NCBI GenBank assembly: GCA_046318155.1
Contig: JBKCUU010000089.1
Span: forward strand, 1 to 60,929
DNA: 60,929 nt
Source: Bdellovibrio sp.
GTDB taxonomy: Bacteria > Bdellovibrionota > Bdellovibrionia > Bdellovibrionales > Bdellovibrionaceae
Direction: 5' to 3'
Position numbers and translations under genes: made by a program. Under the pieces are notes generated by a model. It did no database searches. It was given only the letters and a program-made list of their open reading frames with translations, and was not told the DNA's origin. Positions 19,935-26,577 of the stretch are shown piece after piece (the first letter of the stretch is position 1; every line of letters begins with the position of its first letter).

Positions 19935-20030
19935 ATGAAATCAGCGACGCTCACCACGGGACTTCTCACTTTCAGTCACCACGGGTTTGACCATCGATCT
20001 CTGACGGAGATCAGTTCAATCGATCTCTGA
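19935..20030 (+). other. 31-codon small ORF or gene remnant (MKSATLTTGLLTFSHHGFDHRSLTEISSIDL)
   Basis: Strong GAGGAG SD at 19923-19928; internal direct repeats TCACCACGGG x2 and ATCGATCTCTGA x2. Confidence 0.35.
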
Positions 20031-20072
20031 AGCAGATGAGCTTACCGGATCTTTTATTTGAGGGAGTTTGAG

Positions 20073-20945
20073 ATGAAAGCCAGTTCCTGGATCACCAAGA
20101 CAGTCGGACTTTTGCTGGTCGTGGTCCCTCTGATGGCTTTTGTCGGTTGCAAAGGTGACCAAGGCAGCTCGGTCAAAGCATCTGGCCTCTCGGCGCAAGA
20201 GTTGTTTCAAAAAAAAAATATCGGTTCTTTTGAGCTGACCGGAACAAAACGAATCGCTCTCACCTATGATGATGGCCCAACCCCTGAAGTGACAGCTTCG
20301 CTCTTAAAGCTCTTACGTCGGTATAACATCAAAGCCACATTTTTTATTTTAGGTGCGTCCGTCGCCGGCCAAGAGCGAGTTCTTGAACAAATGCGCAACG
20401 ACGGTCACATCATCGCCAATCATTCTTATTCACACCAAAATTTAGCTTCAAATCTTTATTTGACCGATCTCGGCGCTTTGATGCATCAGACACAAAGTTC
20501 GCATGACCAGATTAAAACATTTATGAACCCCGCGCATCGCCTGTACTTTCGCGCTCCCTATGGGGCCTGGACAGCAAGCCATGCGGCCAAGCTGAATGCG
20601 ATTCCTGAGCTGGCTGAATACATCGGACCTGTGTTTTGGTCTGCGGGCGGAGAAGTCGCTCCGAAGCAGCCCCGCCCCCTGACAGCGGATGAGATTTTTT
20701 CAGCTGCGGATTGGGATTGTTGGACGGACAATCCTGAAAAAGGAATCAAGCCAATTTCTGTCGATGTTTGTGCGGCTGGCTACCTGAAAGAAATCGAGCG
20801 CCTGCAAGGTGGAGTGATCTTGATGCACGATAAGGACATGCGCACCGTGCAAATGACAGCCAAGTTGCTGCCAAAATTAATCGCCGCTGGTTACGAATTC
20901 ATTTTGCTGGATGAAATTCGGTCGCTCGATAAATTCGCCAAATAA
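20073..20945 (+). CDS. Polysaccharide (peptidoglycan GlcNAc) deacetylase, CE4/NodB family, lipoprotein
   Basis: TYDDGP, NHSYSH, FRAPYG, DW and ILMHD motifs; lipobox FVGC. Confidence 0.92.
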   Translation: MKASSWITKTVGLLLVVVPLMAFVGCKGDQGSSVKASGLSAQELFQKKNIGSFELTGTKRIALTYDDGPTPEVTASLLKLLRRYNIKATFFILGASVAGQERVLEQMRNDGHIIANHSYSHQNLASNLYLTDLGALMHQTQSSHDQIKTFMNPAHRLYFRAPYGAWTASHAAKLNAIPELAEYIGPVFWSAGGEVAPKQPRPLTADEIFSAADWDCWTDNPEKGIKPISVDVCAAGYLKEIERLQGGVILMHDKDMRTVQMTAKLLPKLIAAGYEFILLDEIRSLDKFAK

Positions 20946-22289
20946 TCCGTTCAAAGAATGAGTCGCGTTTTTCCAATCGGTGAAAGAGGCGCGCGCCAGC
21001 TCAATTTGTTTGAGTTTCTTTGCGCTCTTGTCGCGGATTTGCTCTTCAAGGGGAGGGAGCAAACCAAAGTTCATGTTGGTGGGCTGAAAGTGTTTCGCGC
21101 GCAGGGGATCCGTGATGGCCTCTAAAACAGAGCCCATCGCCGAAGCGCGGGGCGGGGGAGCAAACTCAAGACCTTGAATTTTTCGGTCTAAGAATTGAGC
21201 GACTAAAAGACCCATGCACGTTGATTCAAAGTAGCCCTCAACGCCTGTAATTTGGCCGGCAAAAAACAACCAAGAGTCATTCTGGCTTGAAAGGTCGCGG
21301 TTTAATCGTTTGGGCGAGTTGATATACAAATTGCGGTGAATGCTGCCGAGCTTTAAGAACTCGGCATTTTCAAGACCCGGGATCATGCGAAAAACCCGAA
21401 CCTGTTCGGCGTAAGCCATGCGCGTTTGAAATCCCACCATGTTGTAGGCGGTGCCTTCTTTGTTATCTTGTCGGAGTTGAACCACGGCGTAGGGGTCGCG
21501 CTCGGCATTGGGCGCGCGCAATCCCACGGGTTTCATGGGACCAAAGCGCAAGGTGTGCGGGCCGCGTTCGACCATCACTTCAATGGGCATGCAGCCTTCA
21601 AAAAATTTGGTCGTTTCAAAATGCTTGGGTTCGATTTTGCGGGCGCCGGCGATCTCATTGATCAGTGCAAAGTACTGGTCTTTGTTGAGACCGCAGTTAA
21701 AGTAATCGGGCGTGCCTTTGTCGTAGCGGTCTTGTTTCCAAGCAATTTCGGTATTGATCGAGTCGGTATCAATGATCGGCGCGATCGCATCAAAGAAATA
21801 GCAAAACTCATCACCAAAATGGCGGCGCAAGCTTTCGGCCAGGGCTTCGTCAGTCAACGGGCCCGTGGCGATCACGGCAGGGCGAGGGATGTCGTCCAAA
21901 GACTCGACAATTTTGTTTTCAAGCTTGATACGCGGGTGCGCTTGAACTTTGTCGTTCACGATCTGCGCAAACAGTTCGCGGTCGACACCCAAAGCTTGTC
22001 CCGCAGGAACAGCGGCGACTTTTGCAGCCTGCAAAATTTGTGAATTCAATTGTTCGGCCTCCCATTTGAGCTGGTGAGGGGCCGAGCCCTCCGACATGCT
22101 GCCAAAAGAATTGGAGCACACCAATTCGGCGCAGTTCGTTGTTTTATGGGCCGGGGTTTGTTTTACCGCACGCATTTCGATGAGGGTGACTTGATAGCCC
22201 CTGTCGGCCATTTGGAGCGCGCATTCACTCCCGGCCAATCCTGCGCCGACGACGGTGACGTGTTTAGGATCAAAAGGGCGGTCGGTCAT
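20877..22289 (-). CDS. trmFO: tRNA m5U54 methyltransferase TrmFO (alternative start 22340)
   Basis: GAGLAGSE, AELVCSNS, YNMVGFQT, AGQITGVEGY motifs. Confidence 0.96.
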   Translation of the reverse strand: MTDRPFDPKHVTVVGAGLAGSECALQMADRGYQVTLIEMRAVKQTPAHKTTNCAELVCSNSFGSMSEGSAPHQLKWEAEQLNSQILQAAKVAAVPAGQALGVDRELFAQIVNDKVQAHPRIKLENKIVESLDDIPRPAVIATGPLTDEALAESLRRHFGDEFCYFFDAIAPIIDTDSINTEIAWKQDRYDKGTPDYFNCGLNKDQYFALINEIAGARKIEPKHFETTKFFEGCMPIEVMVERGPHTLRFGPMKPVGLRAPNAERDPYAVVQLRQDNKEGTAYNMVGFQTRMAYAEQVRVFRMIPGLENAEFLKLGSIHRNLYINSPKRLNRDLSSQNDSWLFFAGQITGVEGYFESTCMGLLVAQFLDRKIQGLEFAPPPRASAMGSVLEAITDPLRAKHFQPTNMNFGLLPPLEEQIRDKSAKKLKQIELARASFTDWKNATHSLNGLFGEFIERPNFIQQNEFVTSGD

Positions 22290-22338
22290 AGTTGCTGAGG
22301 ACTTGGCGGGAGCCGTAAAATCTGGCAAATCTTGAGTC

Positions 22339-22743
22339 ATGAGTTACAAGCCCCCATCGCGCAAAAGCAGGTTAACAAAGAGTGATGCCGTCCTACAGGC
22401 CCTCTTTCAAAATGGCAAGTCCCCCCTCTCGGGACCTTTTTTGCGTTGGAAGCTCTGGAAAAAATGGCCTGAGTTTGTCGGCCCGACGATGGCCGCCATC
22501 AGTGAGCCCGTTGCTTTGCGCAATGGTGTGTTGTCGGTTTGGGTTAAGAACGCTGCCTGGATGCAACAGATGGTCTTTCTCAAGCAACAAATGCGTAAAA
22601 CGCTCAACCAGAAACTGGGTGAGGACCTTATCCACGAAATCCATCTGACGATGGACCGCAAGGCGGTCCCGCAGGATCCTGAAGAGAAGCGCTGGCTTGA
22701 GGCGACCGTCAAGAATTTGATGAAAGACGCCGGCGACGAGTAA
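22339..22743 (+). CDS. DUF721 / DciA family protein
   Basis: WPEFVG..MAAISEPVALRNGVLSVWV.NAAWMQQM pattern. Confidence 0.8.
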   Translation: MSYKPPSRKSRLTKSDAVLQALFQNGKSPLSGPFLRWKLWKKWPEFVGPTMAAISEPVALRNGVLSVWVKNAAWMQQMVFLKQQMRKTLNQKLGEDLIHEIHLTMDRKAVPQDPEEKRWLEATVKNLMKDAGDE

Positions 22744-22776
22744 GTCTTCCGCCCACTAGCTGGAGCAGCCAGCTCT

Positions 22777-22799
22777 GTTTGTTTGCGCCCCTTTGGGGC
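22777..22799 (-). repeat. Dispersed copy of hairpin repeat (GCCCCaAAGGGGCGCAAACAAAC)
   Basis: Reverse complement matches 22 of 23 nt of the repeat unit at 37797-37819. Confidence 0.8.
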
Positions 22800-22973
22800 C
22801 ACCTTGATCACAGATGGCCGTTCTTGGTTTTGACTGGTTTTTGCGTTGGCTGTTCGTTTTTTTTTGTCTGTGGGTTGGTTTTTTGATTTTTGAGTTGTTG
22901 TGCGAGAGGGCTTGACCCTGTTGTTGTTCGTCGGAATGATGGACGCAGGTTTTCTTGGAGGTTTGTTTTGAAA

Positions 22974-23504
22974 ATGATGCTTGCGGTTTTTTCGGCTTTG
23001 CTTGCTCTCACGCTTTGGTTTCAATCGGCCAATGCCAATGCCAAGGATCTTCAGATTGGGGATGCGGCTCCCACTTTTAAGGCGAAAACGCATGATGGAC
23101 TTAACTTTGATCTCGCTTCTCGTAAAGGGCAGTGGACGGTTTTGTACTTCTACCCCAAAGCGGGAACACCCGGTTGTACTAAGCAAGCTTGTGCGTTTCG
23201 AGATAACATCGAAAAAATTCGCGCTCAAGGGGCCGATGTTTTTGGCGTCAGTTCGGACACCGTCGAAGAGCAAGCCAAGTTTCATACTGAGCACAAGCTG
23301 ACCTTTGTTTTACTTGCAGATCCCGATGCTAAAGTGGTTAATTTGTATGGATCCAAAATGCCGATCATGAAAATGTCCAAGCGGTGGACGTTTTTGGTCG
23401 ATCCCGAGCTCAAAATTCGTCAAATTAACAAAGATGTTGATCCGGTGATCGACGCCGAAAAAATCGCGGACCAAATTCAGACTCTCAAAGCCGCGAAGAA
23501 ATAG
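22974..23504 (+). CDS. bcp: Peroxiredoxin BCP/PrxQ with signal peptide
   Basis: YFYPKAGTPGCTKQAC; N-terminal signal ending ANA-K. Confidence 0.9.
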   Translation: MMLAVFSALLALTLWFQSANANAKDLQIGDAAPTFKAKTHDGLNFDLASRKGQWTVLYFYPKAGTPGCTKQACAFRDNIEKIRAQGADVFGVSSDTVEEQAKFHTEHKLTFVLLADPDAKVVNLYGSKMPIMKMSKRWTFLVDPELKIRQINKDVDPVIDAEKIADQIQTLKAAKK

Positions 23505-23519
23505 TCCTAAAAAGAACCG

Positions 23520-23546
23520 CGCCGCCCCGAACGGGCGGCGTTTTTT
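23520..23546 (+). terminator. Rho-independent terminator after bcp, possibly bidirectional with mlaD
   Basis: CGCCGCCC-cgaac-GGGCGGCG followed by TTTTTT. Confidence 0.85.
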
Positions 23547-24363
23547 ATTTACTGGGCTTTTTCTCGATGGAGTTTTGGAGGACGGATTCGATGTAGAGCT
23601 TGCGGCCGCTGCCACCAATCATGCCTTTGAGTTGAGTATGAAGGCTTGGGTCATTAATCAAGGCCCCCAGAGAACCTTGGCCGCTATCAAGTTTAAAAAG
23701 GATGCTGTCTAAACGCTTCATCGAAGACGCGATAGTCCCTGAGTTCTGGCTGCGAAGTTCTCCGACCAGCGATCTTGTTTCTTGCGATAAAACTTTAAAA
23801 TTGGTCGAGGCTTCAGTCAGGTTCTTCATGATTTTTTCGGAACGATTGTCGTCGTTAATCGTTTTCATTAGCTTGTGAAGTTCTGAGATGACATCAAAAA
23901 CTTTGGCGGCTTCATTGCCCTTTTCTGACAAAATGCCCAACAAATCGCTGGATTTTGCAGACTCAAGCGTCTCGCCACCAGTGACAAGCCCCTTGGTCGC
24001 ATCGCCGGGAGTCATGTAAACAAACTTGTCTCCTAATGCGCCTTGAGTGCGAATTTCGACCGTTGAATCCTTTGGAATGCGAGCCAAGTAATCTTCATCG
24101 ACCTTCATCACGACAATCAAGTCGGTGTCAGAATTCGAAAATTTGATCTCCTCGATATTGCCAACCACAATGCCGGACAGGCTGACGACGCTCCCTATGT
24201 TCAGGCCCTGAACTTGAGGAAGACGAGCATTGAGCCGTGCATAACCGGTGAAGAGGGCGCGTTCTCCGCCTAGGGCAATAATCGACACAGCGGCTGCAAG
24301 CAACCCGAGGGCTAAGAAAAATCCGACCCGAATTTGGATGTTCTTGTACTGATGAGCTTCCAT
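23545..24363 (-). CDS. mlaD: MCE-domain protein MlaD
   Basis: N-terminal TM, GLNIGSVVSLSGIVVG, IRTQGALGDKFV, helical C-terminus. Confidence 0.9.
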   Translation of the reverse strand: MEAHQYKNIQIRVGFFLALGLLAAAVSIIALGGERALFTGYARLNARLPQVQGLNIGSVVSLSGIVVGNIEEIKFSNSDTDLIVVMKVDEDYLARIPKDSTVEIRTQGALGDKFVYMTPGDATKGLVTGGETLESAKSSDLLGILSEKGNEAAKVFDVISELHKLMKTINDDNRSEKIMKNLTEASTNFKVLSQETRSLVGELRSQNSGTIASSMKRLDSILFKLDSGQGSLGALINDPSLHTQLKGMIGGSGRKLYIESVLQNSIEKKPSK

Positions 24364-24364
24364 G

Positions 24365-25099
24365 TTAAGCGACCTCTCCCTGCGCAAAATGCATGATGGG
24401 GTGATTGGGATTCTTTAAAATCGAGGCCACCGCATCGACGGTTCCGATTTTTCCGTTTTCGAGCATGGCGATGCGGTCGCAGACCTTAAAGGCGACAGGC
24501 ATATCATGAGTGACTAAAATTCCGGTCTTACCCAGCTGTTTGAGTCTCAGAATCAGGTCTTGAATTTTCTGAGTGTTATAGGGATCTAGGCCTGCGGTGG
24601 GCTCGTCGTACAAAATAACATCGGGATTCAAAATCATGGCTCTGGCGAGCCCCACGCGCTTTTGCATTCCGCCCGAGAGGCTCGCCGGCAAAAGTTTTTC
24701 ATTTCCGGCCAAACCAAAATCAGCCAGCAGTTTTAAAATCATCATTGAGATTTGGGAGGGAGTCAGATTGGTATGGGCTCTTAATGGATAAGCCAAATTC
24801 TCAAACACACTCATTGAGTCAAACAGTGCGCCGTCTTGAAAGGCATAAGCAATGCGCTTGCGAACCGGGATCATCTCTTTTTCGCTGAGTTTGGTGATAT
24901 CGATGCCATCAAATAAAATTTGGCCACCATCAGGGCGTTCAAGTCCAATCAAACTTCGAAGCAAAACGGACTTCCCCGAACCTGAGCCACCAATAAGGCC
25001 CAAGCATTCGCCTTTGAAGACGCTCAGGTCGATGCCGTCATGCACGCGCTTAACGCCGTATGATTTTTCAAATGCGACAAGTTCAATCAAACTCGACAT
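24365..25099 (-). CDS. mlaF: ABC ATPase MlaF
   Basis: GGSGSGKS, FQDGALFDS, LSGGMQKRVGLARA, YDEPTAGLDP. Confidence 0.92.
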   Translation of the reverse strand: MSSLIELVAFEKSYGVKRVHDGIDLSVFKGECLGLIGGSGSGKSVLLRSLIGLERPDGGQILFDGIDITKLSEKEMIPVRKRIAYAFQDGALFDSMSVFENLAYPLRAHTNLTPSQISMMILKLLADFGLAGNEKLLPASLSGGMQKRVGLARAMILNPDVILYDEPTAGLDPYNTQKIQDLILRLKQLGKTGILVTHDMPVAFKVCDRIAMLENGKIGTVDAVASILKNPNHPIMHFAQGEVA

Positions 25100-25111
25100 A
25101 GACCCTATCTG

Positions 25112-25861
25112 TTAAAACAAAATAAAAAACAACTTCGTTAATAAAAAGTCGCCAACCAAAACTAAGATTGAAGAGACAACTACGGCGCGTGTTGTAGCCA
25201 GTCCCACTTCTTTTGTTCCTTGCTTAACATTCAAACCAAAATAACAAGCGGTGATCGAAATAAAAAGTGAGAAGAAGACGCACTTACCGATTCCCGAAGT
25301 CCAATCCGCAACATTCAAGGTCGTAACAGCTTTGAGTAAAAAGAATTTGGCATCGAGCTGAAGTTCGTTGGTACCAACAATCATGCTGCCCATGATCCCG
25401 ACGACATTGGCGACCGCCGCAAGCAAGGGGAGACAAATCAAGCAAGCGACAACTCGTGGGATCACAATTTTTCGAATGGGTGACGTTCCGAGGGCTCGCA
25501 TCGCATCGATTTGCTGAGTGACAACCATCGAGCCAATTTCGGAGGCCATCCCTGCACCTACTCGAGCTGCGACCATCAGACTCGTGAAGACAGGCCCCAT
25601 TTCTCGTAAGATCGAGAGAGCAACAATTTTAGGAACGTACGGGGCTCCGCCGAATTTCGCCAAGCCAATACCAAATTGCAGCGTCATCACCATCCCAGTA
25701 CTCAAGGCTGTAATCAGAATCAGGGGCAAAGAGCGAGATCCCACGTAAAAGATCTGTTCAACGATCAATCTGACTTCAAATGGGCGACGCCAGGCCTCTG
25801 AAGAGACTTGCCGCAAGAGCAGGGCAAAGCCGCCTAGGAAAAACAGCGTCTCTTCGATCAC
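25112..25861 (-). CDS. mlaE: ABC permease MlaE
   Basis: REMGPVFTSLMVAARVG, EIGSMVVTQQIDAM, VGLATTRAVV. Confidence 0.93.
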   Translation of the reverse strand: MIEETLFFLGGFALLLRQVSSEAWRRPFEVRLIVEQIFYVGSRSLPLILITALSTGMVMTLQFGIGLAKFGGAPYVPKIVALSILREMGPVFTSLMVAARVGAGMASEIGSMVVTQQIDAMRALGTSPIRKIVIPRVVACLICLPLLAAVANVVGIMGSMIVGTNELQLDAKFFLLKAVTTLNVADWTSGIGKCVFFSLFISITACYFGLNVKQGTKEVGLATTRAVVVSSILVLVGDFLLTKLFFILF

Positions 25862-26370
25862 GGCGCACTGAACCCTTTGATAAAGCCCTCAAATATCAAG
25901 AGCTCTTGGTTGTAGACATTTGCTCGTGCAACAAAGCTGAGAGTATAGCGGCAGCCATTTTTTTGATATGTCAGAAGTGACAATTTGACGGATACGCCTT
26001 CGACCTTGCCTTCGGCACTCGACCTAAGAGCTTCGCGGCCATCAAAATCAAAAGACTGGGAATCGATCACTTTCGCACCAGGAAGCGAAGCCAAGGCATC
26101 GTCGCGAAGGCGCTCGGGCGAGGCAAGCGAAGCCTGGCATTCAGAAAAGTAAGAGATGGTGCTCCCAGTGCGATCGCTTTTCCATGCACGGTCAGCAGCT
26201 GGTAAAGAGATATCACGAAAAGGAGACGCGGGAGCTGAAACAACCAGGCCTTTTGATTTAGGTGTGTCTTTATTAAGGTTAACCGAAATACAACCAGACA
26301 CCGAAAACAAAGGCAAAACCAGAACAGCAGCAAAAGCTCGAAAACGATGAGGCAAAGATGATGACGACAT
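25858..26370 (-). CDS. Hypothetical lipoprotein heading the mla operon (DcrB/PsbP-like by eye)
   Basis: Lipobox VSGC; 4-bp overlap with mlaE start. Confidence 0.7.
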   Translation of the reverse strand: MSSSSLPHRFRAFAAVLVLPLFSVSGCISVNLNKDTPKSKGLVVSAPASPFRDISLPAADRAWKSDRTGSTISYFSECQASLASPERLRDDALASLPGAKVIDSQSFDFDGREALRSSAEGKVEGVSVKLSLLTYQKNGCRYTLSFVARANVYNQELLIFEGFIKGFSAP

Positions 26371-26505
26371 ATCGACAACTCTAGAGGCCGTGCGGGCCAA
26401 AGTCGAGCGTCAAATCCACGGCTGGACTGACAGCAAGACTGACAAGAATGCGAGGCAATTTCTGCCTCAGACCCTATCACTTTTTTCCTGAGGCCCAAAG
26501 TCTAC

Positions 26506-26521
26506 TGGCATCGAATGTGCT
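26506..26521 (+). promoter_or_regulatory. Putative sigma54 promoter of the flagellar operon
   Basis: TGGCAT-N5-GTGCT with correct GG/GC spacing; palindrome GAGGCA-atttc-TGCCTC at 26452-26468 upstream. Confidence 0.65.
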
Positions 26522-26558
26522 TTGTTGCTGATTGTCCATCTCCGTTTGCGCGATTTGG

Positions 26559-26577
26559 AAAACTCAGGAGGAGTTTT
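26559..26577 (+). promoter_or_regulatory. SD-containing hairpin with GGA loop (CsrA-like site)
   Basis: AAAACTC-AGGAG-GAGTTTT, perfect 7-bp stem reaching the TTG start. Confidence 0.5.

Noticed and set aside
22407..23294. 295 aa minus-strand ORF
   Set aside because: Antisense to the dciA-like gene and bcp; its K/N/Q richness reflects the T-rich tract
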